Of a stretch of 64,000 nt of DNA, positions 46,469 through 56,762 are shown piece by piece; the first letter of the stretch is position 1, and the number at the start of each line of letters is the position of its first letter. Source of the DNA: Bacillota bacterium. Lineage in GTDB: Bacteria; Bacillota; Clostridia; Christensenellales; Aristaeellaceae. The translations under genes and the position numbers were made by a program. The notes beneath the pieces were generated by a model. The model saw only the letters and a program-made list of their open reading frames with translations, searched no databases and had not been told where the DNA came from. The stretch lies in contig JAEYAR010000170.1 in assembly GCA_023404715.1 (NCBI GenBank), positions 5,144-69,143 of the forward strand, in the 5' to 3' direction.

Positions 46469-47848
46469 TCACCCGATAAGGATCGCGATCGCCTCCGAAA
46501 TCGTATCCACGCCGTAGACTTTCATGCCGTCCGGCACGCGGGTGCGGCGCATGTTTTCACGCGGTACCACGCATGTCGTGAAGCCCAGGCGCATGCACTC
46601 GGCCAAGCGACGTTCCATCTGCCCGACCGCGCGGATCTCGCCCGCCAGGCCGACCTCGCCCATCACCGCCCAATCGGCGGGCACGGGCGCATTCCGCACG
46701 CTCGAGGCGACCGCAGCGCACAGCGGCAAGTCCGCCGCCGGCTCCGTCAGCTCCAGGCCGCCCGCCACGTTCACATATACGTCCTGGTTGTAGAGCGGTA
46801 TGCCCGCCCTTTTTTCCAAAACCGCCAGCAACAGCGCCAGCCTACCCGTGTCAAAGCCGTTTGTCGTGCGGCGCGGGCTGCCAAAAGGCGTCTGCGCCAC
46901 GAGCGCCTGTACATCCACGAGCATGGGCCGCGTGCCCTCGATGCCGCAGAGCACCGCCGAGCCCGCCGCCCCCCTGGCCCGCGCGGAGAGCAGCATCTCC
47001 GAGGGGTTCTCCACCTGGGTCATGCCGCTCTCGTGCATCTGAAAGAGGCCCAGTTCGTTGACCGAGCCAAAACGGTTTTTCACCGCCCGGAGGATTCGGT
47101 ACTCATGCTGGCGGTCGCCCTCAAAATAAAGCACCACGTCCACCATGTGCTCCAGCACGCGCGGGCCTGCGATGGCGCCCTCCTTCGTCACATGCCCTAC
47201 GAGGAACACCGCGCATCCCGACGTCTTCGCCATGCGCATGAGCAGCGCCGTGCTCTCGCGCACCTGCGATACGCTGCCCGGCGCAGAGGCCATGTCGGGC
47301 TTGTACATGGTCTGTATCGAGTCCACGACCATATAGTCCGGGCCAAGCTCCGTCCAACGGGCCTCCGCCGCGTCGAGCGCATTCTCCGCGAGGATAAACA
47401 GGTTTTCCGATGTAACGCCCAGCCTGCGCGCGCGCATCTTGATCTGCCGGGCCGATTCCTCGCCCGAGATGTACAGCACCCGCGCCCCGTCCTTGGCCAG
47501 GTGTGCGCACGCCTGCAGCAGCAGCGTCGACTTGCCGATCCCCGGGTCCCCGCCCACCAGCACGAGCGAGCCCTCGACGATGCCGCCGCCCAAGACGCGG
47601 TCGAGCTCGCCGATGCCCGTCGACGCGCGCTGCTGCGCCTCGTCGGGGATCTCGCTCAGGCGCATCGCCTGCTCGCCCGTGCCGGGCCGTTGCTTGTTCG
47701 GCTTTGCGCTAGGCTGCGCCGCCGCCGTCAGGCCTGGCGCCTGCTCCTCCAGGGTGTTCCAAGCGCCGCAGTCCGGGCACTTGCCCATCCACTTTCCCGT
47801 CTCGTATCCGCACGCCGTGCACTGGTAAACCGTCTTTGCCTTAGCCAT
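46469..47848 (-). CDS. radA: DNA repair protein RadA/Sms
   Basis: C4 zinc finger, GDPGIGKST, KNRFG motif, Lon-like C-terminus. Confidence 0.98.
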   Translation of the reverse strand: MAKAKTVYQCTACGYETGKWMGKCPDCGAWNTLEEQAPGLTAAAQPSAKPNKQRPGTGEQAMRLSEIPDEAQQRASTGIGELDRVLGGGIVEGSLVLVGGDPGIGKSTLLLQACAHLAKDGARVLYISGEESARQIKMRARRLGVTSENLFILAENALDAAEARWTELGPDYMVVDSIQTMYKPDMASAPGSVSQVRESTALLMRMAKTSGCAVFLVGHVTKEGAIAGPRVLEHMVDVVLYFEGDRQHEYRILRAVKNRFGSVNELGLFQMHESGMTQVENPSEMLLSARARGAAGSAVLCGIEGTRPMLVDVQALVAQTPFGSPRRTTNGFDTGRLALLLAVLEKRAGIPLYNQDVYVNVAGGLELTEPAADLPLCAAVASSVRNAPVPADWAVMGEVGLAGEIRAVGQMERRLAECMRLGFTTCVVPRENMRRTRVPDGMKVYGVDTISEAIAILIG

Positions 47849-48222
47849 CTGTTTTCCTCTCGTATCTCTCGTATTTGATGAAACCTTTGGGTTTCGTATT
47901 TCGTCTTATTAATGAAATTTGCGCCGGAGGGCGCCGCCCCCGGCCGTTTGTCGCGCGACGGGATTATTATACCATATGCCGCGGCTTCGCGCCATGTCAA
48001 AGGCGCTCGGATGCTGTCGAATCGCCCGCCAATCGTTCGCGCTGCAAATACCTTTTTTCTACAATTTCGGCGTGAATTCCCAGGGTTTTTACGCGCATTT
48101 ATCGTTGCGCGGCGGCAGATGGGCGCTTATAATGAGAGTATATACGGGAAAAGAGACGAAAATATGACGAATCTGCGGCGCCTTTGGGAAGGCGCTGTTT
48201 ACGATACGGATCGGAGGATCAC

Positions 48223-49329
48223 ATGAACCGCAGGCAGGATCGCTTCCACAACCCTTACCAGAACTTTTCCACAAATTATGCTGGAAAACACAAGGCCGTC
48301 TCCGCCTCCTACGAGATGTTTACGCCGCCCCGCCGCAATTGGAAGCCCCTCCTCGCCGTATTGATCCTGCTCGCGTTGCTGATCGGCGGCGGCTTCGGCT
48401 ACAGCGTGATCGAAAGCCGGCTCGTCTTCGTCAATGAGGTCACCGTCCCCATCCCCAACCTGCCCAAGGCCTTTGAAGGATACACCATTTTGCACATTTC
48501 AGACCTGTACGGCGCCCGGTTTGGGGAAAAGCAGCGGCGTATCGCCGATGCGCTCGAGGGGAAGAGCTACAGCGTCGTATGCATCACGGGCGACATGCTG
48601 GGCCCAACCGAGGATCCCCAGCCGTTTTACGAGCTGCTCACCGCCCTGGGTGAAAAACGGCCCGTGCTCTTTATCACCGGAGAGAACGACCCGGATCCCT
48701 TCGAGGGGGAACAATCCCTCGCCGACAACGTGCTCGCCCCCTTTATCCTGGGCGCGCAGCAACGCAGCGCCATCTATCTGGACGCGCCCTACTGCGTGGA
48801 ACTCGGCGGGGAGCGTCTGTGGTTCGCGCCCGATTCGGCGCTCAGCCTCGACCTGGATGCGGCGGAGCAGACCTACAGGGCGCAGGGCAGCCGGGCTACC
48901 GGCGCCGTACAAAAGAAGGTCATCGACTATCAGCTCGGCCGCATCGATCGAATTCGCCAGGCGCGCGAAACGATGCAATCGGGCGACACCTACGTGGCGC
49001 TCTCGCACATGCCGCTCAAGCAAAGCTTCGTGCGCGGCATGACGACCACTCGCACAGACCCCCAGCAGACGACGCTCATCGGCATGATCGACCTCGTCCT
49101 CGCCGGGCATTACAACGGCGGCCAGGTACGCCTCCCTTTTGCAGGCCCGCTCTACGTGTCCGGCTATGGCCTCTTCCCCGGTGAAGGCGTCGTCGAAGGG
49201 CTCGTCACCTCCGGCACGCTGCCCCAGCACATCAGCCCGGGCCTGGGCGTAAAGCCCGATACGCTGCTCCCCATGCGCCTGTTTAATCCGCCCACGATGA
49301 CGCTCGTAAAGCTTACGGCGTCGCTGTAG
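48223..49329 (+). CDS. Membrane-anchored YkuE-like metallophosphoesterase with altered motifs
   Basis: TM helix; ILHISDLY, ITGDM, GEND, LSH, LAGHYNGGQVRLP, SPGLG. Confidence 0.8.
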   Translation: MNRRQDRFHNPYQNFSTNYAGKHKAVSASYEMFTPPRRNWKPLLAVLILLALLIGGGFGYSVIESRLVFVNEVTVPIPNLPKAFEGYTILHISDLYGARFGEKQRRIADALEGKSYSVVCITGDMLGPTEDPQPFYELLTALGEKRPVLFITGENDPDPFEGEQSLADNVLAPFILGAQQRSAIYLDAPYCVELGGERLWFAPDSALSLDLDAAEQTYRAQGSRATGAVQKKVIDYQLGRIDRIRQARETMQSGDTYVALSHMPLKQSFVRGMTTTRTDPQQTTLIGMIDLVLAGHYNGGQVRLPFAGPLYVSGYGLFPGEGVVEGLVTSGTLPQHISPGLGVKPDTLLPMRLFNPPTMTLVKLTASL

Positions 49330-49409
49330 CGCCGCTACATGCATCCCCAGCAAAGTCGCATATTCGTCAACGATCTGCGCCATGGTTTCGCCATGGCGTT
49401 TTTTATGTC

Positions 49410-49459
49410 TTGACAGATGGGCGCTCATTGAATATCATGTGATATATATCATGTGATAT
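49410..49459 (+). promoter_or_regulatory. sigma-A promoter with tandem TetR-type operators
   Basis: TTGACA-N17-TATCAT; ATATCATGTGATAT repeated twice at 49432-49459. Confidence 0.85.
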
Positions 49460-49479
49460 TTTATTTGGAGGTGACCTCA

Positions 49480-50067
49480 ATGCCCCCGCGATTAAAGCTC
49501 ACGCGGGACGCGCTCCTGCATGCGGCCTTTCGGATCGCCCGCATGCAGGGAATCGACGCGGTCACGGCCCGCAGCGTCGCAAGGGAGGCTGGCTGCTCGA
49601 TTCAGCCCGTCTTCAGCCAATTCGCAACGATGGAGGCGCTGCGTCAGGCGACGTTCGACTACGCCTGCGAGCGGCTCATGGCCGACATCCTGTCCTTTCA
49701 GGACGTGCCCGACTATCTCTCGCGCATAAGCCTTTGGGTCGTCCGCCTGGCAAGAAATGAACCGCACCTGTTCCACCTGCTTTACCTGTCGGACAGCTAT
49801 GCGGACAAGGACCTGTTTACCTACATGATGACCTACCGCAGCAACCGGGTCACGCTCGAGAAGGTTGCGCAGGCGCACGGCCTCGAGCCGGAAGCCTGCG
49901 CACAAATCTTTCTGCGCGCGTTCCTGCTCGTCTTTGGCATCGCTGCGATGATCGCCACCAATCACATGTCGTTTTCCGATGAGCAGGTCGCCTCGATGAT
50001 GAAACAGACGGTCGAGGACATGGCGCGCGGGACCAGAGAACGAAAAGGGAAGGATGGATCCGCATGA
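49480..50067 (+). CDS. TetR/AcrR-family regulator
   Basis: AAFRIARMQGIDAVTARSVAREAGCSIQPVFSQF. Confidence 0.93.
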   Translation: MPPRLKLTRDALLHAAFRIARMQGIDAVTARSVAREAGCSIQPVFSQFATMEALRQATFDYACERLMADILSFQDVPDYLSRISLWVVRLARNEPHLFHLLYLSDSYADKDLFTYMMTYRSNRVTLEKVAQAHGLEPEACAQIFLRAFLLVFGIAAMIATNHMSFSDEQVASMMKQTVEDMARGTRERKGKDGSA

Positions 50068-51434
50068 AAGAAATCGGTCTGCTGAGGGGTATGGGACTGT
50101 GCAGAAGGTATGGACGGATGGGCTTGGCGGCAAGGGAGGCCCTGCAGGCCGCCCGCCTGCGGGAGATGGTCCTGTGGGCGCGCGAGCACAGCCCCTTTTA
50201 CCGTCTGCTCTATCGGGATATTGGGCCCGACTTCGATCTGAAGGATCTGCCGCCGGTCGACAAAGTGCAGCTGATGGACCGGTTCGACGAGTGGCTATGC
50301 GACCCAGACGTCAAATGGGCCGACCTGGAGCGGTTTATGGAAAACCCCGATCATATCGGACGCCGCTTTCGGGGGAAATACCTCGTCTTTACGACCAGCG
50401 GGTCGACGGGCAATCCCCTCGTGGTGCTGTACGACGAAACGGCAAACAACGTGATGAGCGCGATGACCGCGCTGCGCAGCTTTGCCCGGCCGGCGGACAT
50501 GCGCGCCTTCATCCGGCGCGGCGGCAAGACGATCGGCGTGTTTGCCACCGGCGGTTTTTACCTCAGCAATAGCTCCGTCCGCGCACGGCAGCTGTCGATG
50601 CCGTGGAAGCGCAATCAGATCGCCGTCACCAGCGCCCTGCTGCCTACCGCGCAAATCGTCTCCGAGCTCAACGCGTTTCAGCCGGCTATGCTGGGCGGCT
50701 ATCCCTCCAACCTGGAATTGCTCATCGACGAGCAAGCGTCCGGCAGGCTCTGCATCCGGCCCATGATCATCATGACAGGCGGCGAGTATCTGTCGGAAAG
50801 CCTTCGCGGGCGTTTGGCGGACGCCTTTCATTGCTATGTGCAGACGTCCTACGCCTGCACCGAAGCGGGCACCCTCGCCTGCGAGTGCGCCGAGCGCCAT
50901 TTACACGTAAACGACGACTGGGTCCTCCTGGAGCCCGTAGACGCCGCCGGCCGCCCTGTGCCGGACGGCGAGCAGGCCGAAAAGCTCCTCGTCACCAACC
51001 TTTTTAACTTTACGCAGCCGTTCATCCGCTATGCGCTTACCGACCGCGTCGTGCTGCACAGGGAGCCTTGCGCCTGCGGCAACCCCGCCCCACGGCTGAC
51101 CCTCGAAGGGCGTACAGACGACGTCGTGCGCTTTGAGCAGGCGGGGGTGGAGATCCGCATCGCGCCGCTCGCCCTCTACGCGGTGCTCAAGGAAGTGCGC
51201 CAGGTCCGCCGCTTCCAGCTCGTTGCCCATCCGGGCAACCGGATCGAGCTGCGGTTGGAGCCCGCCCCCGGTGCCGACCAGGAATCGGCCTTCGCCCAGG
51301 CCCAGGCCGCCCTGTCGCCCTTTCTCGCCGCGCACGGGGTATCGGCATACGAAATCCACCTGTCTGATCAGCTGCCCCGTCCGCACCCCGTCAGCGGAAA
51401 GTTCAAGCACATCATCGCGCCGGCGGACGCGTGA
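50064..51434 (+). CDS. Phenylacetate-CoA ligase/F390-like adenylate-forming enzyme
   Basis: HSPFY, TTSGSTGNP, YACTE, PFIRY...D, GRTDD, SGKFK. Confidence 0.88.
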   Translation: MKEIGLLRGMGLCRRYGRMGLAAREALQAARLREMVLWAREHSPFYRLLYRDIGPDFDLKDLPPVDKVQLMDRFDEWLCDPDVKWADLERFMENPDHIGRRFRGKYLVFTTSGSTGNPLVVLYDETANNVMSAMTALRSFARPADMRAFIRRGGKTIGVFATGGFYLSNSSVRARQLSMPWKRNQIAVTSALLPTAQIVSELNAFQPAMLGGYPSNLELLIDEQASGRLCIRPMIIMTGGEYLSESLRGRLADAFHCYVQTSYACTEAGTLACECAERHLHVNDDWVLLEPVDAAGRPVPDGEQAEKLLVTNLFNFTQPFIRYALTDRVVLHREPCACGNPAPRLTLEGRTDDVVRFEQAGVEIRIAPLALYAVLKEVRQVRRFQLVAHPGNRIELRLEPAPGADQESAFAQAQAALSPFLAAHGVSAYEIHLSDQLPRPHPVSGKFKHIIAPADA

Positions 51435-51443
51435 GCCGCGCGC

Positions 51444-53657
51444 TCAGCGCTTTTCGCCCCCCAACCTCTTCTCAAATTCCGCCGCAGGCATAGGCCGGGC
51501 GAAATAATAGCCCTGCACGGCGTCGCACCCCAGGTCGCGCAGGAAATCGAACTGCGCCTTTGTCTCCACGCCTTCCGCGGTGACCTCCATGTCGAGCGCG
51601 CGGGCGAGCCACAGGATGCTCTGGATGACCTTCTCGCCGCGCGCATCCCCGATCTCGTCGACAAAGCTCTTGTCGATCTTGAGCACGTCGATCCGGATGC
51701 GCTGGAGCATGGCCATAGACGAATAGCCTGTGCCGAAATCGTCCATGAGCACGCAAAAGCCGCAGGCGTGCAGCCTGCCTATGATCGCGCTGAGGATGTC
51801 CATGTTGTCGAACATCGCGCTCTCTGTGATCTCTACCTGCAAAAGCCCGGGCGGGATGCCGTACGCCTCGACGATCTGCGCATAGCCGTCGACGAACGAA
51901 GCGTCATACAGATGCAGGCGTGAAAGGTTGACCGAGACAGGCGCCGGCGTCCTCCCCTGACGGATCCACTCCCGCAGCTGCCGGCAAACCAATTCAAACA
52001 TATACCGGTCGAGCCGGACGATGAATCCGTTTTGCTCGAAGAGCGGAACAAAAGCATCCGGCGGCATGAAGCTTCCATCCGCCTGCCGCCAGCGCACGAG
52101 CGCCTCCGCCCCGGTCATGTTCCCATCCATGTCGAACTTCGGCTGGTAAAACGCGATGAACTCGCCGTTTTCCAGCCCGGCCTCCATGCGCTCTTCGATA
52201 CGCCGGCGGCGGATCTGACGTTGCCTGAGCTCTTCGTCGAAAAAGGCGTATCCCTTTCCTTGGCTTTCCTTGGCCGCCCGGTTGGCCAAGAGCGCGCCGT
52301 CCGCCATCTTATCCAGCCCGGTCTCCCGGTCCGTGATCAGGTAAAATCCAAACGTGACCGGCAATAGCGGCAGCTGCTCTCGCTTCGCGTCTTCCTTCAG
52401 CGTACAGCGAAGCCCCTCCATCCGCTGGGCGAGCTCCTCCGCACGGCCCTCGTAGAAGAGGATCGCCGCAAACCGGTCCGCCCCCCGGTGGGCAAAGACC
52501 TCGCCCGGGCGGATCGTCTTCATCCAGGTACGCCACAAGAGGCGGATCGCGTCGTCCCCCTTGTCGTTGCCGTACAGGTCGTTGATGGTCTTGAAACGGT
52601 CAACATCCATCATCACGTATGCTGCGGGCGGGTGCGGCCCGTCCAGCGCCGCCTGTGCCTCCCGCAAGAATCGCTCGTACGAATAACCGCCGGTCACAGG
52701 GTCTACATAGGCGATGCGCATCAGCGCGCGCTCCTGCCGTTTATGTGCGGATGCGATGTAAAACAAAAAACCGGCGAAACTCAACGCTACCCCCGTGCAC
52801 AGCGCGTACGTCATGCGAATCGGGCGCTCAATCCGGTATTCCAGCACGTCCACCGGCACGATGTTGAGAAGCGTCCATCCGTTCACGTTCAGCGGCGCGC
52901 AGTACATGTACTTTTCTTCGTCGCTCTTGATCCGCACGTAGCCTGCCTGGGCGCTAGATAGCAACGCCTTCACCCGCAGGATGCTCTGTGCGTTCTCCTG
53001 CGGCGCGGCCTCGAGGATGCTAAAGATGTTTCGCTCCGCCCTGTGCGCCTGCGCCCCGACCAAGATTTCGCCCTGCGCATTGATGACATAGGCGTATCCC
53101 TTGCCGCCAAAGGACGTCAGCTGGAGCATCTGCTGAAACGTATCGGCCGAGTAGGTCGCAAACAAAACCGCCACGGCACGCCCGTCCCGCAGGACCGGCG
53201 TGCTGTAAACGTTGATCTCCTCCCCGCCCGCGACGTCCGCAAGCGTGCCCGATACGCCCGTCTCGCCCTGCATCGCCTCGTGAAAGTAAACCCGCTGCGA
53301 CAGATCCATGACGAGCCCGTCCGTCGTGCAGGCCACGCCGTCCGGTGTAATGAGACCCATGCGCTTAAACCCATACATGCCGACAAAGCCCTTGAGCTCG
53401 TCGACCGCAGCGGACGCGCCGGACTCCCCCCGCATGTTGACGTTCGCGGCGATCTCCTGCAAGAGGCGAAATTCCCCGGCGATTTCGCGTTCGAGCATGT
53501 ACACGCCCTGCGCCGATACCTCGGCCAGCGTTTCGACCGCCTCCGCCTGCAGGCTGCTGCGCAGCCAGGCTGTGTAGAGCGGCAGCACGACCGCGAGAAG
53601 CAAACAGATGGCGAGCGCATAAAGCGCCGGTGCCCGGAAGCCAGCGTTTTTGTGCAT
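51444..53657 (-). CDS. Cache-sensor GGDEF-EAL protein (probable c-di-GMP phosphodiesterase)
   Basis: Two TMs, DLSQRVYF, degenerate [35 protein letters not shown]. Confidence 0.9.
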   Translation of the reverse strand: MHKNAGFRAPALYALAICLLLAVVLPLYTAWLRSSLQAEAVETLAEVSAQGVYMLEREIAGEFRLLQEIAANVNMRGESGASAAVDELKGFVGMYGFKRMGLITPDGVACTTDGLVMDLSQRVYFHEAMQGETGVSGTLADVAGGEEINVYSTPVLRDGRAVAVLFATYSADTFQQMLQLTSFGGKGYAYVINAQGEILVGAQAHRAERNIFSILEAAPQENAQSILRVKALLSSAQAGYVRIKSDEEKYMYCAPLNVNGWTLLNIVPVDVLEYRIERPIRMTYALCTGVALSFAGFLFYIASAHKRQERALMRIAYVDPVTGGYSYERFLREAQAALDGPHPPAAYVMMDVDRFKTINDLYGNDKGDDAIRLLWRTWMKTIRPGEVFAHRGADRFAAILFYEGRAEELAQRMEGLRCTLKEDAKREQLPLLPVTFGFYLITDRETGLDKMADGALLANRAAKESQGKGYAFFDEELRQRQIRRRRIEERMEAGLENGEFIAFYQPKFDMDGNMTGAEALVRWRQADGSFMPPDAFVPLFEQNGFIVRLDRYMFELVCRQLREWIRQGRTPAPVSVNLSRLHLYDASFVDGYAQIVEAYGIPPGLLQVEITESAMFDNMDILSAIIGRLHACGFCVLMDDFGTGYSSMAMLQRIRIDVLKIDKSFVDEIGDARGEKVIQSILWLARALDMEVTAEGVETKAQFDFLRDLGCDAVQGYYFARPMPAAEFEKRLGGEKR

Positions 53658-53693
53658 CAAAGAAATCCCTTTCTTGGCGCGCTCTTGCACCCG

Positions 53694-55778
53694 TTATTGC
53701 GTAACGCCGATATAGCGTTGCCAGAGGATGCTTGTCACCACGCCCTCTTCTATCGTATAGGCGAGTTCCACGAAGATGTTGTCGTCTGCGGGATAGAAAT
53801 ATTGGATGAGCGCGCCGCCGTCCTCCTGCACGCGATAGGTGCCGATTTCCTTCCCCAGGCTGTCGATGTTGTACAGCAGGCGATCGCCGCGCTCGTTGAT
53901 CGGCATGCCGCCCTTGTCGCGGAAGGCGTCGAGCACGTCCATCTCCTCCGCGCCGACCTTCGTCTTGCGCGGACCGGTCATGGAGCTGTCGCGCGTCTCA
54001 AGGTAATAGAGCACTGCGTCCTTGCCCTCCTCCGTCTCCACGAACCTTGCGACCTTGTCCTCGTAGACGGCCTCGTAGCTCGTGCCGGTCCCATAGGCCT
54101 TTTCATCCGTCACGGCCTCATAGCGCAACGGCTCGCCGTATTTTTTCTTGAACGCCGCATACTTCGTCTTCATCAGCGTCCAATCCTTGAACGCGTCCTT
54201 GGAATTGAATATACGCTTTTGCGTGCCCGTGATTTCATAAGTGACGGTCATCTCGTAGCTTTGCTTGCCCGTATCCGAGATGGCGATCGCCTTGAGCGTG
54301 CTCTTGCCCAGCGGCAGTGTAATCGGCCCCGTGTAGGGGAGCGACTCGGTCGTGGGGGATGTGCCGTCCAGCGTATAGTACATGGCCACGATGTCGTCGC
54401 CAGCGCGCAGGGATACATTGATCACGCGCTGATACTTGCCCGACGCGTAGTTCGCCTTCGGCGCGTCCGGGGTCTTGATGATCACATGATAAAGCTCGTC
54501 CACCTCTTCGCTGGGCACGCCGGTTTCAGAGATCGCGATCGCACGCAGGCGCGTCGTCCCTTCCTCGAAGTGGATCTTATCGCCGGCTTTGTAGGCGGTT
54601 CCCGTCTCCATCGGGTCGGATTCGTCGAGCGTATAATAGATTTGGGCGCCTTCGTCCGCGGCAAGGGTGACGTCGAAGGGCTCGGTCGCCTTGTTGTTGG
54701 TGAGGGCAAACTCCTTTGACGTGGCGTCTGTCGGCTTTGCGCTGACGGCGGGCGCCGAAGGCATGTATTCCCTTCGCATGATCTCGAACGATTCGCTTCC
54801 CGTCGTCTCGTACGCAAGCTTCATCAAGTCCACCGCCGCCTGTGCCTCGCCCGCCTCGCGATAGATGCGGATCATGCGCGTATAGGCCTCTACGTGCTGC
54901 GGGGCGAGCGTATGCATGAGCTCCTCGTAGATCGCGATGGCGTCCTCCTTGCGCCCGTCGATCTCGTAGACGCTTGCGAGGTCCAAGGCCGCCTCTACGC
55001 TGTCCGGCTCGATCTCGCGCGCCCGTTCGTACGCCGTGATCGACTTGGTGATCTCGCCTGAATTGAGGTAGGTCTCGCCCAAGCTCATATAGGCGTTCGC
55101 AGGCACGTCGTAGCCCCAGGCCGCGAGCTGTTGCTGACCGGTCGACGTCTGCGTCAAGAGCAACGTCGTCGACACGCCGACCGCGATCGCAAAGAGCAAT
55201 ATGCCGCCCACCAGGGGCGCCCATTTCACCCGTTTTCTGCGCACGGACTTGCGCCCCTGCATCTGCTTAAGGCGTTCGTGATCCATTTCGCGCACAGCCT
55301 GGCGGCGCGGCGAATGGCGCACGCGCATGGGCTTGGCCGCATTGGCCTGCGCCTGTGTCCTGGCGGCGCTGCTATGCGCCCGCTGCTCCTCCGGCGTCGT
55401 AGCGCCCGCGGGCGTGCTGGAGCCCCGGCCGCGCCGCGCCGCATCCCGGACGGCGGCCTCCTGCGGGGGGGCGCTGGCGCCACGCCTGCGTGCGCTCGGG
55501 GCCGGCATCGCGCCGTCGCCATGTGCGCGCTGTGCCGGGGGCATATCCGCCCTTTGCCTGCGCAAGGCCGGGGCGCCTGCATCGCCTGCCGCTGTCTCCG
55601 GCGCCTTTGGGGTCGTCCGTAAATATTCCTCGTCGCCGTACACGCGCAGCGGCGCCTCATATGCACCTCGCTGAACCGGCGTCTTTTCCTTCCGGTGAGG
55701 CGCGCGCAGGCGCTTGCCACAATGCTGGCAATCCGCCTGTCTCGAGTCCGTCCGTTTCCCACAATATGGACAAAGCAT
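53694..55778 (-). CDS. Zinc-ribbon + TM + TPR + two Fn3-associated/chitobiase C-terminal-like domains
   Basis: CPYCG..CQHCG; TPR helices; IYYTLDESDP and MYYTLDGTSPT. Confidence 0.8.
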   Translation of the reverse strand: MLCPYCGKRTDSRQADCQHCGKRLRAPHRKEKTPVQRGAYEAPLRVYGDEEYLRTTPKAPETAAGDAGAPALRRQRADMPPAQRAHGDGAMPAPSARRRGASAPPQEAAVRDAARRGRGSSTPAGATTPEEQRAHSSAARTQAQANAAKPMRVRHSPRRQAVREMDHERLKQMQGRKSVRRKRVKWAPLVGGILLFAIAVGVSTTLLLTQTSTGQQQLAAWGYDVPANAYMSLGETYLNSGEITKSITAYERAREIEPDSVEAALDLASVYEIDGRKEDAIAIYEELMHTLAPQHVEAYTRMIRIYREAGEAQAAVDLMKLAYETTGSESFEIMRREYMPSAPAVSAKPTDATSKEFALTNNKATEPFDVTLAADEGAQIYYTLDESDPMETGTAYKAGDKIHFEEGTTRLRAIAISETGVPSEEVDELYHVIIKTPDAPKANYASGKYQRVINVSLRAGDDIVAMYYTLDGTSPTTESLPYTGPITLPLGKSTLKAIAISDTGKQSYEMTVTYEITGTQKRIFNSKDAFKDWTLMKTKYAAFKKKYGEPLRYEAVTDEKAYGTGTSYEAVYEDKVARFVETEEGKDAVLYYLETRDSSMTGPRKTKVGAEEMDVLDAFRDKGGMPINERGDRLLYNIDSLGKEIGTYRVQEDGGALIQYFYPADDNIFVELAYTIEEGVVTSILWQRYIGVTQ

Positions 55779-55928
55779 GGCGCTTCACCCCTTTATAATC
55801 TCGTATCCATCCATGTGCGCAAAGCGGTCACAGATTCTTAATTATTTCGACATATATGCAAAAAATCCTTCCCACGGATTGAGAAGGATATATCTTCCAT
55901 TATTTAAACCGCCCGATTGGGAAAAGGC

Positions 55929-56762
55929 TCACTCGCGCACCTGTTTCAGCGCCTCGTAGTACGGGTCGCCGTCGAAGGTACGCTCGGGCAGCGGGTCGCC
56001 GCCCAGCGCCTCCACCGCATTGCAGATCTCGACAAAATCTAGGTAATTCGTGCCCGGCTCCGTCGCCGCCTGCGTCAGCATGGGGATGGCGCGCGGGTCC
56101 CCGAGCTTTCCCAGATAGGATGCGAAGAGCGCGCGGCGATCGGGGTTTTCGTTAAACTTCCGCAGGGCGAGCTGATAGACGCGCTCGTCGCCGGGATAGT
56201 TGCACAAAAGGTCCAGGAAGACCTCCTGCGCCACGGGCGTAGCGCGGTCGAGCACGCCCAAAATCGGCCGGACGACGATGTCGCCCATCGCCAGCAGCGA
56301 CTCCGCGCACATATCGGCCTGCTCATGGGGCACAGGGCAGCCCGCGATCAGCTCGATGTAGCGCTGCATGGGCGCGGTCGAGGACAGCTCGCGCAGCAGC
56401 GTGATCGCGGTCAGCACCGCGTCGTAGGGCGCTTTTTCGTCGGTCAACAGCTTGAGCAGGCGCGCCTCCGCGTCCTCCTTCAGCTCCACGATGCGCTCCA
56501 GCAGCTGGTCGGGAACAGGCACCTTCTTCTCAAAGTATTCGACCATCCAACGCACGAGCAGATCCGCGTCGTCATAGCGGGTAAAGTAGAGCGCAGGCGT
56601 CTCGCCGTCGAGCCAATCGGCTTTCTGGTTGATGAAGCGCATGTACACGTCCGGCATCTCCGCTTCCATGCGCTCGATATTGCCCTCGTACTTTTCCGTA
56701 TTATTTTGCATCCACGCCTTGGCGTACCGCTCAAACGCCTCGTCAAAATTCACGCACTTCAT
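55929..56762 (-). CDS. Conserved helical (HEAT-like repeat) protein
   Basis: WLDGETP; YLGKLGDPRAIPML; AVEALGG. Confidence 0.75.
   Translation of the reverse strand: MKCVNFDEAFERYAKAWMQNNTEKYEGNIERMEAEMPDVYMRFINQKADWLDGETPALYFTRYDDADLLVRWMVEYFEKKVPVPDQLLERIVELKEDAEARLLKLLTDEKAPYDAVLTAITLLRELSSTAPMQRYIELIAGCPVPHEQADMCAESLLAMGDIVVRPILGVLDRATPVAQEVFLDLLCNYPGDERVYQLALRKFNENPDRRALFASYLGKLGDPRAIPMLTQAATEPGTNYLDFVEICNAVEALGGDPLPERTFDGDPYYEALKQVRE

Noticed and set aside
47855..47905. Three ATACGA repeats upstream of radA as an operator
   Set aside because: Irregular spacing and no match to a LexA or CtsR box that I can support
53043..54719. Long alternative-frame ORFs (also 9438-10661, 45146-46201, 1354-2322)
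   Set aside because: Antisense shadows of well-supported genes in high-GC DNA with no motifs
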